From Gammaproteobacteria bacterium (GTDB lineage: Bacteria > Pseudomonadota > Gammaproteobacteria > UBA9214): DNA of 36,886 nucleotides. Location of the stretch: contig JBATGJ010000078.1 in NCBI GenBank assembly GCA_049665685.1, forward strand, positions 1-36,886, written 5' to 3'. Below, one piece after another: positions 1-11,843 of the stretch (the stretch's first letter is position 1; every line of letters starts with the position of its first letter). The notes beneath the pieces are model-generated. The model did not search any database. It had not been told where the DNA came from and saw only the letters and a program-made list of their open reading frames with translations. The position numbers and the translations under genes were made by a program.

Positions 1-814
1 GCCTGGAACAGGTCATGATCTGGGTGGTATCCAGGTCCGTCCTGCAGGGGAAGATATCCTGCCGGGTCTGCACCGTCATCACGACCTCCTCGAGTGCCGC
101 ATTACCGGCACGTTCACCAAGGCCGTTGATGGTGCATTCCACCTGGCGTGCGCCGTTCAGCACAGCAGACAGGGAATTGCCGACGGCCAGCCCCAGGTCA
201 TTGTGGCAATGCACCGAGAATACCGCCCGGTCGGAATTCGGCACGCGCTCGATCAGCGTACGAACCAGCTCGCCGAACTGATGCGGCAAATTGTAGCCCA
301 CGGTATCGGGGATGTTGACCGTGTTGGCACCGGCATCGATCACTGCCTCGATAACGCGACACAGGAAATCGGTCTCCGAACGGCCGGCGTCCTCGGGCGA
401 GAACTCCACGTCGTCGGTGTATTGCCGGGCATGCCTGACGGCCCGCACCGCCTGCTCGATCACCTGCTCCGGCTCCATCCGCAGTTTCATCTTCATGTGA
501 ATGGGCGAGGTTGCGATGAAGGTATGAATACGCGCCGAGGCCGCCGGTTTGAGCGCCTCGCCCGCCCGGTCGATGTCCTTGTCCAGCGCCCGTGCAAGCC
601 CGCACACGGTACTGCCGGTGACTGCCCTGGCTACGGCCTGGACGGCCTCGAAGTCTCCGGGGCTGGCAATCGGAAAGCCTGCCTCGATGACGTCGACGCG
701 CATGCGTTCCAGCGCCTTGGCGATACGCACCTTTTCGTCACGCGTCATGGATGCGCCGGGACTCTGCTCCCCGTCGCGCAGGGTGGTGTCGAATATTGTC
801 AGTTTGTCTGTCAT
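1..814 (-). CDS. leuA: 2-isopropylmalate synthase, N-terminal ~271 codons (3' end runs off the window)
   Basis: Absent from the ORF track because there is no stop in the window. Hand translation from ATG (rc of 812-814) gives [48 protein letters not shown] ... [22 protein letters not shown] ... [13 protein letters not shown], with typical HMGL-like/LeuA motifs. The + ORF 203..910 is its antisense shadow. Confidence 0.9.
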   Translation of the reverse strand, partial: MTDKLTIFDTTLRDGEQSPGASMTRDEKVRIAKALERMRVDVIEAGFPIASPGDFEAVQAVARAVTGSTVCGLARALDKDIDRAGEALKPAASARIHTFIATSPIHMKMKLRMEPEQVIEQAVRAVRHARQYTDDVEFSPEDAGRSETDFLCRVIEAVIDAGANTVNIPDTVGYNLPHQFGELVRTLIERVPNSDRAVFSVHCHNDLGLAVGNSLSAVLNGARQVECTINGLGERAGNAALEEVVMTVQTRQDIFPCRTDLDTTQIMTCSR

Positions 815-995
815 GTCCTGCTCCGCCCGGCCCGGACTGGCCGAATCATAGCGGCCTGTCACCGGCCTCTGCCGGCACACCGTGACGGGTTGTCAGCGGT
901 GAGCCGATAAATGATGTTTGCTTGTGTGCGGTTCGCCTCGCCAGGCATAGGATTATCTGCCCGGAGGCAGCAGTCGCAGGAGGGGCAGCAGTAAA

Positions 996-1015
996 CCATC
1001 CGCGTGCGCGGATGG
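996..1015 (-). terminator. GC-rich hairpin downstream of pssA (weak terminator candidate or leuA leader structure)
   Basis: CCATCCGCG-TG-CGCGGATGG is a perfect palindrome, followed on the minus strand only by TTT. It lies 85 nt after the pssA stop and 180 nt before the leuA start. Confidence 0.3.
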
Positions 1016-1099
1016 CCGGGGGTTGCCGAAACTGTTGCGGTGCGTATGCATGCCTCAAGTCTATCGGCATCGCTGGCGATAATGCAAGCCCTGCAGGTG

Positions 1100-1873
1100 T
1101 CAACCGGGCCGATCACCGCGCTTGCGGGCCTTGCGACGCATGCGAATACCCATCAGGGTATAGACAATCCCGGAGATTGCATAAATCAGAAAGCCGGCGA
1201 ACAGCACCTTGGGCGGATCGATCGAGGCAAACACATAGGCCATCACGACCAGCAGCATTGCGACAAACGAGACCCGGTGCTTGAAATTGATTTCCTTAAA
1301 GCTGAAGTAGCGGATATTGCTGACCATCAATAGTCCCATGGCAATCGTAATTACGAACACCAGGTAGACGAGATCATCGCCCTTGATGCCGAGGTCGGTG
1401 GCCGCCCATACCAGCCCGGCCAGCACACCCGCCGCAGCCGGACTGGGTAAACCGCGGAAATAGGTCTTTTCAGCGCTCTCCACCTGGGAATTGAAGCGTG
1501 CCAGCCGCAGTGCCGCAGAGGCCGTGTAGACAAACGCGGCAAGCCAGCCGAGCTTCGCCCAGCCCACGCTGACCATGGACTGCAGCGACCACTCATACAT
1601 CACCAGCGCGGGCGCAAGCCCGAAAGAGATCATGTCGGCCAGGCTGTCGTACTCGATACCGAAGGCACTCTGGGTATTGGTCAGTCGTGCAACACGGCCA
1701 TCGATACCGTCCATAATCATGGCGACAAAGATCGCCACTGCGGCAGGCTCGAATCTTCCGTTCATGGCAGCCACAATGGCATAGAAGCCGGCAAATAAAC
1801 CGGCCGTGGTAATCATGTTCGGCAACAGGTAGATTCCACGCCGCGTCCGCTGCTCTTTAATGTCGGTATCCAT
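1100..1873 (-). CDS. pssA: CDP-diacylglycerol--serine O-phosphatidyltransferase
   Basis: CDP-alcohol phosphatidyltransferase motif DGIDGRVARLTNTQSAFGIEYDSLAD. Multi-TM protein of 257 aa, in the conserved ilvC-pssA-leuA context. Confidence 0.9.
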   Translation of the reverse strand: MDTDIKEQRTRRGIYLLPNMITTAGLFAGFYAIVAAMNGRFEPAAVAIFVAMIMDGIDGRVARLTNTQSAFGIEYDSLADMISFGLAPALVMYEWSLQSMVSVGWAKLGWLAAFVYTASAALRLARFNSQVESAEKTYFRGLPSPAAAGVLAGLVWAATDLGIKGDDLVYLVFVITIAMGLLMVSNIRYFSFKEINFKHRVSFVAMLLVVMAYVFASIDPPKVLFAGFLIYAISGIVYTLMGIRMRRKARKRGDRPG

Positions 1874-1894
1874 TGGCCTGTTTATATGCGTGGA

Positions 1895-2491
1895 CTAGTC
1901 ATGCACCAGGCTGGCGATGACATCCGAACCACCCAGCACTCTGGCATCTTCCTCGACTTCGGCGCGGCTGTAGTCAGGCAGGTAGATGTCGATCCGTCCA
2001 CCCCAGTGCACAAATCCACAGCGCCGTCCCTGACCAACCCGCTCGCCAAAACCGATATAACAGCGCGGCTTGTTTTTCAATCGGCCTCGGTTCATGACCA
2101 TGACGATATCATCCCCCTCGTCGGTTTGCAGCCAGACACCATGGGGTTGGTCATCCTGTGCATTCTGCCCGCGTGGTTCGAGTACCTTGCCTTCCACCGG
2201 ACTGCGCGCGGTGAATACTCCCAGCGGGTTCATCTCGATACTGATCTTCAGGCTTGCACGGCCAAGATAAGGATCGGGTGTGTGGCTCACAGAGGCCACT
2301 CTCCCGTCCGCAGGGCTTACCACCGACAGCGGCCGCGAGGGGACGTTGCGCTGAGGGTCCCGGTACAAAAACAGCAGCAGACTTGCCAGTAGCCAGACCG
2401 GCAGGGAGTACAACCAGCCGAGAAAATGCATCACCGCCACGGCCGCCAGGATAACGGCCAACAGGGGTGCCACACCGTGCCGGGCAATCAC
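1895..2491 (-). CDS. Phosphatidylserine decarboxylase-related protein (short/archaeal-type branch), apparently lacking catalytic Ser and His
   Basis: GTG start preceded by GGAGGGAG. Two N-terminal hydrophobic helices, VVSPADGRV motif and a C-terminal ...GERVG...WGGRIDIYLP region resembling short Psd proteins. See the finding on this gene. Confidence 0.8.
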   Translation of the reverse strand: MIARHGVAPLLAVILAAVAVMHFLGWLYSLPVWLLASLLLFLYRDPQRNVPSRPLSVVSPADGRVASVSHTPDPYLGRASLKISIEMNPLGVFTARSPVEGKVLEPRGQNAQDDQPHGVWLQTDEGDDIVMVMNRGRLKNKPRCYIGFGERVGQGRRCGFVHWGGRIDIYLPDYSRAEVEEDARVLGGSDVIASLVHD

Positions 2492-2552
2492 GGAGCTCCC
2501 TCCCTCATACAGAGAAGATACCGCACTGGGCTAACCTCGCACAGACAGTCGT

Positions 2553-3581
<1,029 letters not shown>

Positions 3582-3630
3582 TCAGTCAATACTGGTTCTG
3601 CCTCGTTCGGCATTATGATTACTCGAAAAT

Positions 3631-4122
3631 TCAAAGCTTGAGCGAGCGGTCACCGCGCCCGATACCCGACACGCCCGAGCGCACCACCTCGACGATCAGC
3701 CCCTGGTCAATGACCTGCAGAAATGCATCCAGCTTGTCACTGGCACCGGTCATCTCGACGGTGTAGGTCTCGTCCGTGACGTCGATGATGCGTCCCCGGA
3801 AAATATCCGAGGTGCGCTTGAGTTCATGGCGGTCGTCACCCGCGGCGCGTACCTTGACGAGCATCATTTCGCGCTCGATATGCGGTCCATCTGTCATATC
3901 CATAAGTTTGACTACATCGATCAGCTTGTTCAGCTGCTTGGTGATCTGCTCGATGATTTCGTCGGTACCGCGGGTTACCAGGGTCATGCGTGACAGCGAG
4001 GGATCCTCGGTAGCCGCCACGGTGAGCGATTCGATATTATAGCCGCGCGCGGAGAACAGACCGGCAACGCGCGACAGCGCGCCCGCCTCGTTCTCCATCA
4101 ATATGGATATGATATGCCGCAT
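3631..4122 (-). CDS. ilvH: Acetolactate synthase small (regulatory) subunit
   Basis: 163 aa. ACT-domain N-terminus MRHIISILMENEAGALSRVAGLFSARGYNIESL. Starts 1 nt after the ilvI stop. Confidence 0.95.
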   Translation of the reverse strand: MRHIISILMENEAGALSRVAGLFSARGYNIESLTVAATEDPSLSRMTLVTRGTDEIIEQITKQLNKLIDVVKLMDMTDGPHIEREMMLVKVRAAGDDRHELKRTSDIFRGRIIDVTDETYTVEMTGASDKLDAFLQVIDQGLIVEVVRSGVSGIGRGDRSLKL

Positions 4123-4123
4123 G

Positions 4124-5818
<1,695 letters not shown>

Positions 5819-5857
5819 CCGCGAATCTCCCGGAATGTGCGGCCACCCAGCTTGAAG

Positions 5858-5882
5858 AAAAAAAACGCCCGTCAAACGGGCG
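5858..5882 (-). terminator. Intrinsic-terminator-like hairpin plus T8 in the ilvI 5' leader (attenuator candidate)
   Basis: The minus strand reads CGCCCG-TTTGA-CGGGCG-TTTTTTTT, ending 40 nt upstream of the ilvI GTG. No upstream minus-strand gene exists for it to terminate. Confidence 0.5.
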
Positions 5883-6055
5883 ATTTAATCGCATTTTCAA
5901 AACATTGGAAGTTACTTATATTCTGGAAAAAGGTCAAGCAACAGCGGCGTGCGGGCATTCAGACCCGCGCGAAGCGGCCGATAATGTGACGAGGTAGCTT
6001 GTTCTATCTGCCAAACAACCCTATTATCCGTACCGTATCTTATGGAATCAGTGCA

Positions 6056-6562
6056 ATGAAACAACTTGTTAACCTGATTGACACCTGTCGGGCCCTGAGC
6101 GGCCTGTTACTGGGTGCCGCCCTGCTGCTGGCCGCACCGGCAAGCGCCGAAGACATCTACAAGTGGATCGGCGACGACAACCAGGTCCACTACACGCAGA
6201 TGCCGCCACCCCATGGTATCGAAGCCATTCTTATGCAGCGCTCGGACGTCCCTGCTGACGAGGAACCCGGTGAGGCGGCAGAGATGACAGATGAACCGGA
6301 ACAGGCAGTCTTCGATGACACGTCCAGCGAGCCGTCGGAAGCAGCGGGCGATGAAGGTGATGCCGATGCCGATGGAGATGCCAAGACCGCACAGGCCTTA
6401 CGTGAAAACTGCAGCAATGCCCGCAAAAACCTCGCAAGCCTCAACCGCGGCCAGGTGCGCTACGTCAACCCCGACGGCGAGATCATCCGTTTGACCGAGG
6501 AAGAACGTCAGCAGCGCATTGAGGAAGCCAAGGCACAGATCGGGGTATTGTGCGAAAACTGA
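6056..6562 (+). CDS. DUF4124 domain-containing secreted protein with acidic linker
   Basis: Signal peptide ...LLLAAPASA, then IYKWIGDDNQVHYTQ (DUF4124 signature), a D/E-rich low-complexity stretch and a C-terminal helix. The track ORF starts at TTG 5999; ATG 6056 gives a normal signal peptide. Confidence 0.8.
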   Translation: MKQLVNLIDTCRALSGLLLGAALLLAAPASAEDIYKWIGDDNQVHYTQMPPPHGIEAILMQRSDVPADEEPGEAAEMTDEPEQAVFDDTSSEPSEAAGDEGDADADGDAKTAQALRENCSNARKNLASLNRGQVRYVNPDGEIIRLTEEERQQRIEEAKAQIGVLCEN

Positions 6563-6569
6563 CCGGGTT

Positions 6570-6914
6570 ATGCCGTTCCTGAAGATCCAGACAAACCACA
6601 TGCTCTCCGGGACACAGGCCAAGGGGCTGGCAGGCAAGGCCTCGGCACTGGTCGCGGAGCAACTGGGCAAGCCCGAGCGTTACGTGATGGTCTCGGTCGA
6701 AAACAACCCCGCCATGCAGTTTGCCGGCACCGATGCACCGCTGGCCTACCTTGAGTTGAAGAGTATCGGTCTGCCCGAAACGGCCACGGCCGCCATTTCC
6801 AACGCCCTGTGTCAGCTGGTCGCCAGCGAGGCCGGCATCGAGCCCGACCGGGTGTATATCGAATTCGCCGATGCCCCGCGCAAGATGTGGGGCTGGAACA
6901 ACAGTACCTTCTGA
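6570..6914 (+). CDS. MIF/phenylpyruvate tautomerase-family protein
   Basis: Begins MPFLKIQTN (Pro-1 after Met removal). 114 aa with tautomerase-superfamily size and pattern ...YVMVSVENNPAMQFAG...GWNNSTF. Confidence 0.75.
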   Translation: MPFLKIQTNHMLSGTQAKGLAGKASALVAEQLGKPERYVMVSVENNPAMQFAGTDAPLAYLELKSIGLPETATAAISNALCQLVASEAGIEPDRVYIEFADAPRKMWGWNNSTF

Positions 6915-7180
6915 TGCGCCTGTTCGTACTGCTCCTTGTCCTGCTGGGGGGTGTTGGGATCTACCTCTATTTCTTCCCGGAATCCGGCGTACGTGTACTG
7001 GACAGCCTGCAAAACGCGGGTTTCAGTGAAAAGACCGACCGCATCTACAAGTGGCGCAATGATCGCGGCGAATGGCAGCTGACCGATTCACCGCCGCCAC
7101 CGGGTGTCAACTACGAGCTCACGGACTACCGCGAGGACGTGAATGTGCTGCCGGTGCCGCCCGGAATTGCCGAAGAATAG
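6914..7180 (+). CDS. Small DUF4124 domain-containing membrane-anchored protein
   Basis: The ATG overlaps the upstream TGA (TGATG). An N-terminal TM segment MRLFVLLLVLLGGVGIYLYFF is followed by IYKWRNDRGEWQLTDSPP. Confidence 0.7.
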   Translation: MRLFVLLLVLLGGVGIYLYFFPESGVRVLDSLQNAGFSEKTDRIYKWRNDRGEWQLTDSPPPPGVNYELTDYREDVNVLPVPPGIAEE

Positions 7181-7248
7181 ACCGGTAGGCAACACGGGGG
7201 CCATCCCGTTACAATCTGCAGCAATTAAATCACCCGGTCCCCGTTCGC

Positions 7249-8955
7249 ATGCGCCTGTCCCAGTTTCCCCTCTCTACTCTGAAAGAAACCCCGGCCGACG
7301 CCGAGGTCGTCAGCCATCAGCTCATGCTGCGTGCCGGCATGCTGCGTAAACAGGCAGCCGGCATCTATACCTGGTTGCCACTGGGCCTGCGGGTGCTGCG
7401 TAAAGTCGAGCACATTGTGCGCGAGGAAATGGACCGCGCCGGTGCACTGGAATTGCTGATGCCAGCGGTTCAACCGGCCGAGCTGTGGCAGGAATCCGGC
7501 CGCTGGGAACAGTACGGACCGGAACTGCTGCGCTTCCATGACCGTCACCGGCGTGAATTTTGCTTTGGCCCGACACACGAGGAAGTCATCACCGACATCG
7601 CGCGCCGCGAGCTTCGCAGCTACAAGCAGCTGCCGGTCAATTACTACCAGATACAGACCAAGTTTCGCGACGAGATCCGTCCACGTTTCGGGGTCATGCG
7701 TGCCCGCGAATTTCTCATGAAGGATGCCTATTCCTTTCACACCGATCAGGCCTCGCTGGAAGACACCTACCGGATCATGTACGACACCTACTCGCGGATC
7801 TTTTCCAGTACCGGACTGGAATACCGTGCGGTGCGTGCCGATAGCGGTGCCATCGGCGGCAGTGTTTCACAGGAGTTTCACGTGCTGGCCGACTCCGGTG
7901 AAGACGCCATTGCCTTTTCGACCGGCAGCGACTTCGCCAGTAACGTGGAGACGATCGAGGCGCCGGCCCCGGGTGGCGAACGCCCGGCCCCCGGCATTGC
8001 CATGCAGACCGTGGCTACGCCCGGCAAACACAGTATCGAGGAACTGTGCGACTTTCTGGATATCAGCGCTGACCGGTGTATCAAGACCCTGGTCGTAAGC
8101 GGCAGCGAAGCGGACGTGGTTGCCCTGGTGCTGCGTGGCGATCACGAACTCAATGCGCTCAAGGCCGAGCGACACCCCGCCGTCAGGACACCGCTTGAGT
8201 TCGCCTCTGACGCGCAGATCCGCAAGGCGCTGGGCTGCCCGGCCGGTTCGCTCGGTCCGGCGGGACTCGATATACCGGTGCTGGTCGACGCGGCTGCCGG
8301 GCAGTTGGCCGATTTCGTCTGCGGTGCAAACGAGGATGGCAAACACCTGACCGGGGTCAACTGGGGCCGTGACCTGCCTGAACCGGAAGTCGTGGATTTG
8401 AGGAACGTGGTTGCGGGCGACCCGAGTCCGGACGGTCAGGGCGAGCTGGTCATCGCGCGCGGTATCGAGGTAGGCCATATCTTTCAGCTTGGCCGGAAAT
8501 ACAGCGAGGCCATGCAGGCCACGGTCCTCGACGAACAGGGCAAGGAAATCACCATGGTGATGGGCTGCTACGGGATCGGTGTGTCGCGTATCGTGGCGGC
8601 GGCCATCGAACAGAATCACGATGATAGCGGCATTATCTGGCCGGATGCGATCGCACCGTTCCAGGTCGCGCTGCTCCCGATGAATATGAAAAAATCGCAG
8701 CGCGTGCGCGATGCAGTCGAGTCACTGTATGCGGACATGTGTGCTGCCGGCATCGATGTCCTGCTGGATGATCGCGAGGTTCGGCCTGGCGTGATGTTCT
8801 CCGATATGGAACTGATTGGTATCCCGCACCGCGTGGTGGTCGGCGAGAAAAACCTCGACAAGCAACGGGTCGAATACAAGGCACGCCGTGACGGCGACAG
8901 CCAGGACGTCGACCGCAACGAAATAATCGCCTTTTTGCAGGGTAAAATCGGCTGA
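7249..8955 (+). CDS. proS: Proline--tRNA ligase
   Basis: 568 aa. Class II motifs [25 protein letters not shown] and [11 protein letters not shown], with an INS editing domain in the middle. Confidence 0.95.
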   Translation: MRLSQFPLSTLKETPADAEVVSHQLMLRAGMLRKQAAGIYTWLPLGLRVLRKVEHIVREEMDRAGALELLMPAVQPAELWQESGRWEQYGPELLRFHDRHRREFCFGPTHEEVITDIARRELRSYKQLPVNYYQIQTKFRDEIRPRFGVMRAREFLMKDAYSFHTDQASLEDTYRIMYDTYSRIFSSTGLEYRAVRADSGAIGGSVSQEFHVLADSGEDAIAFSTGSDFASNVETIEAPAPGGERPAPGIAMQTVATPGKHSIEELCDFLDISADRCIKTLVVSGSEADVVALVLRGDHELNALKAERHPAVRTPLEFASDAQIRKALGCPAGSLGPAGLDIPVLVDAAAGQLADFVCGANEDGKHLTGVNWGRDLPEPEVVDLRNVVAGDPSPDGQGELVIARGIEVGHIFQLGRKYSEAMQATVLDEQGKEITMVMGCYGIGVSRIVAAAIEQNHDDSGIIWPDAIAPFQVALLPMNMKKSQRVRDAVESLYADMCAAGIDVLLDDREVRPGVMFSDMELIGIPHRVVVGEKNLDKQRVEYKARRDGDSQDVDRNEIIAFLQGKIG

Positions 8956-8959
8956 GAGC

Positions 8960-9571
8960 ATGCCGTTAACAGCGTATATGGGAACATCCGCGACAGACAA
9001 AGGATTCCTTACCGGCGTCCTGCTGGCCGGCTTGCTGGCTGCCTGCCAGAACGGCTGGGCTGCCACCCAGGAACGCCCGGACGATGACATGCGCGCCGCC
9101 CTGCTGGCGGCCGTCAATTCCAGCGACAGTTTCATCGACCGCTTCGATGCCGAGGTCTGGCTGACAGATATGTCCCGGCGACTGGAGCCCCACCTCAACG
9201 ACCCGGAAGAGCGGCTGACAATACTCAGGCAGGTGCACTATGAGGCAAAACGCGCCAGCCTCGACCCGGAACTGGTTCTGGCCCTGATCAACGTCGAGAG
9301 CAACTTTGACCGATTCGCCATCTCGAGTGCGGGCGCGCAGGGACTGATGCAAATCATGCCGTTCTGGCTGGAGGAAATCGGCCGGGCAGATGACAACCTG
9401 TTCGACATTGCCACCAACCTGCGTTTCGGCTGCACTATCCTCAACATCTACCTGAAACGCGAGCGCGGCGACATGCGCAAGGCGCTGGCGCGCTACAATG
9501 GCAGTGTCGGCAAGAACTGGTATCCCGCCCGCGTCTACAAGGCGCTCAGCCGGCGCTGGTACAGGCAGTAA
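8960..9571 (+). CDS. Lytic transglycosylase (SLT domain) lipoprotein
   Basis: Lipobox LLAAC. SLT catalytic motif NVESNFDRFAISSAGAQGLMQIMP ... RYNGS. The start could also be the ATG at 8978. Confidence 0.85.
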   Translation: MPLTAYMGTSATDKGFLTGVLLAGLLAACQNGWAATQERPDDDMRAALLAAVNSSDSFIDRFDAEVWLTDMSRRLEPHLNDPEERLTILRQVHYEAKRASLDPELVLALINVESNFDRFAISSAGAQGLMQIMPFWLEEIGRADDNLFDIATNLRFGCTILNIYLKRERGDMRKALARYNGSVGKNWYPARVYKALSRRWYRQ

Positions 9572-9618
9572 GCCTCTATTCTATCTCTCCCCTCACGCGG
9601 GGCTGCGGCCTGCATACA

Positions 9619-11715
9619 TCACCAGTCCAGACGCATCGCCAGATAGAAGTTGCGACCGTCACCCGGCACCCGCTCACCGATGGCGACATCGCTGCCACCG
9701 GCCCGGTTAACACCGGTCACGTGCGGCTCGTATTTGCGGTCAAATACATTGCCGACGCCGCCCGTCAGTAACAGGTTCTTTCTCACCCGGTACTTGCCAT
9801 ACAGGTTCATCAGGGCATAGCCACCGCTCGGAGACTCGCCATTGGTAGTCGACACCTTGTCCTGGCGATCGTAGAACACACCCTCGGCCGTGATATCCCA
9901 GGTGACAGTGGCATAGGTCAATCCCAGCGTGCCATTCAGGGGCGCAATGCGATAGAGGTCGTCGGAGATGTCATCGCGCTTGCCGCGCACGTAACTGACG
10001 ATGCCGCCCAGACTCCAGTGATTATCGACAGTGTAGCCCCAGGCCGCATCGGCACCGTAGAAAGTGGCATCCACGTTGGCGAACTGCAATGGATACGACA
10101 GGTTCGTCATGTTCATCATGTTTACCGCATCGATGAATGCAATGGCTACCGGGTCCGTGGTGGGGACGCCCTGAATGTAATCGCTGACATCCCGGTAGAA
10201 AATACGCGGTTCGAAATAGCTGCCACCTGAGTGCAGGTTGAGTGCCAGCTCGACCTGGTGAGAAATCTCCGGGTCGAGGTTGATGTCGCCGATGTAGGTG
10301 TTGCCGTCGGCCAGCCCGCCGGTCGACTGCAGCGGTAACCACAGGTAGCGCTCCTGGTAGGACGGCGAGCGCGTCTTGCGGGCAATGCCGATCTCCACGT
10401 CCATGGCGGATGAAAGAGGCCGGATAAACCGCGCCACCCAGTCGATATTGGTGTCGTTCTTGCTGCGATCGGCGTTATTGAACCTGTTCTGCAGGGGAGC
10501 AGCGGCGGCCATGTGGTCGCTGACATCACCGGAATCCATGCGCACCTGATTGACACGCAAACCGAATTCGCTGTCCCAGTCTTTTATCAGGCTACCGTTC
10601 CACTCCCCGAATAACCCAAACAGATCGCGTTGTGCATCGTTGAAATTCACGATGCGGAACATGGCCATATCCGGGTTCCTGATCACGGCATCATGCTCTG
10701 CCAGCTGTCCATCGATACCGAACTGCAGTTCGCCACTGCCCAGTCCACGCCCGACATCGAGACGGAAACCACCGCCGGTGCTGGTTGCAGTCGTGCGGCG
10801 CTTGCCCATCATGGGTTCCGGTCGCAATATGAAATTCGACATCGTATGGTACACGTCGGTGTAGTACAGCTGACCGTGCACGAGATTGTTACCGACGTAA
10901 CCGTCATACTCGCCCCTGACGATATCGGTATCAATCACCTCGATATCCATGGGCAACGACGGCGTGCCGGTCTGCCCTGTGTCGTTGTGCGTGAAATCCA
11001 GCGCGATCTCGTGGTCCGACTGTTTGTAACCATAACCGAGTGCATAGTTGTCACGATCATGCTCGCTGGGCCTGATGGTGCCGCCATCGAATTCAATATC
11101 ATCACCCCGCTCGCGGCTGCCGGCTACATGCAGGCGGTGCGAGCGATTGGCCACACCGGCGATTGCACCAAGTGCATAAGAATCATTCACCGTCGCACCG
11201 GAAAAGCTCAGCGATCCATGCGATTCCATGCTGTCGCCGGTACCGAAGTCCAGCCTTACAGACTCAGCGCGAATCGTACCGCCGATGGTCTCAAGCCCGG
11301 AACTGACCGGTGCGATACCGCGAATCACCTGAATGGATTCCAGCTGCGTACCGGGAATATAGGACAGCGGGGGATCCATGCCGTTGGGTCCGCCACCCGG
11401 GATGGTAATACCGTTGATCTTGACGTTGACCCGGTCCGCGAACATGCCGCGATATTGTGCGATACCTGTCAGTACACCATTACGGTTGACATCAGCACCC
11501 GGTACAGCCTGCAGCAGATTTGCTGAATCCGGTGCAATCCCCGGGACATCTTCTCTCTCAACCCGGTAACTGCTGTCCTCCTCCAACACCGCGCCAGTCA
11601 CCGTGACGGTATCCAGCCGGGTGGCATCCTCTCCGGCAAAAATGGAAACTGGCCAGGCAATGGCCGGCAGACATATAGAAATTACATACAGTAAACGGTT
11701 ACTTCTTGCAGACAT
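9619..11715 (-). CDS. TonB-dependent outer-membrane receptor, OprC/NosA (copper-receptor)-like
   Basis: Signal peptide ...VSIFA/GED, TonB box DTVTVTG, plug motif GGGPNGMDPPLSYIP, HTM motif, and a C-terminal ...NFYLAMRLDW aromatic end. The ATG at 11715 is preferred over the track start at 11775. Confidence 0.85.
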   Translation of the reverse strand: MSARSNRLLYVISICLPAIAWPVSIFAGEDATRLDTVTVTGAVLEEDSSYRVEREDVPGIAPDSANLLQAVPGADVNRNGVLTGIAQYRGMFADRVNVKINGITIPGGGPNGMDPPLSYIPGTQLESIQVIRGIAPVSSGLETIGGTIRAESVRLDFGTGDSMESHGSLSFSGATVNDSYALGAIAGVANRSHRLHVAGSRERGDDIEFDGGTIRPSEHDRDNYALGYGYKQSDHEIALDFTHNDTGQTGTPSLPMDIEVIDTDIVRGEYDGYVGNNLVHGQLYYTDVYHTMSNFILRPEPMMGKRRTTATSTGGGFRLDVGRGLGSGELQFGIDGQLAEHDAVIRNPDMAMFRIVNFNDAQRDLFGLFGEWNGSLIKDWDSEFGLRVNQVRMDSGDVSDHMAAAAPLQNRFNNADRSKNDTNIDWVARFIRPLSSAMDVEIGIARKTRSPSYQERYLWLPLQSTGGLADGNTYIGDINLDPEISHQVELALNLHSGGSYFEPRIFYRDVSDYIQGVPTTDPVAIAFIDAVNMMNMTNLSYPLQFANVDATFYGADAAWGYTVDNHWSLGGIVSYVRGKRDDISDDLYRIAPLNGTLGLTYATVTWDITAEGVFYDRQDKVSTTNGESPSGGYALMNLYGKYRVRKNLLLTGGVGNVFDRKYEPHVTGVNRAGGSDVAIGERVPGDGRNFYLAMRLDW

Positions 11716-11843
11716 AATGACTTCACTGACAGGATGGACAATGCAACGAAACAGCTGCGTTGCAAATGAGCGCATGAATTATAAGAAAGGGTCAGGGGAA
11801 TACGATGTGACGAATTGTCGCATTGGACACAGACTGAAACGGT

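Noticed and set aside
203-910. 235-aa + strand ORF (and other ORFs in 15..910)
   Set aside because: It is the antisense shadow of leuA, whose minus-strand translation shows unmistakable LeuA motifs. High GC generates long spurious ORFs.
5819-5875. Longer ilvI start (ATG 5875). Similar long starts occur for era (22878), nadB (31002), wrbA (35719) and the TonB-dependent receptor (11775).
   Set aside because: The extensions overlap upstream genes or repeat and hairpin structures, and they add residues absent from homologs. Internal starts give canonical N-termini.
5883-5912. Classical leader-peptide attenuation for ilvI
   Set aside because: The leader ORFs (Met-Phe-stop and [12 protein letters not shown]...) contain no runs of Ile/Val/Leu codons. 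The hairpin is kept as a finding, but not the leader-peptide model.
7225-7740. 171-aa minus-strand ORF overlapping the proS start. Similar cases are 7867..8619, 16199..16993, 31566..32336, 34229..34807, 34844..35542 and 35782..36444.
   Set aside because: All lie antisense to, or out of frame with, strongly supported genes (proS, YdbH-like, nadB, fumA/arsC, wrbA). Their composition is Arg/Gly/Ala-rich, typical of GC-driven non-coding frames, and they carry no motifs.
11716-11843. Cobalamin or other riboswitch, or a Fur box, upstream of the TonB-dependent receptor. This includes the 7-bp hairpin TGCAACG-N9-CGTTGCA at 11742-11764.
   Set aside because: The 128-nt spacer is too short for a B12 riboswitch and I saw no B12-box-like sequence. 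The best Fur-like stretch (TATAATTCATGCGCTCATTTGC) is a poor match. The small hairpin is unremarkable on its own.
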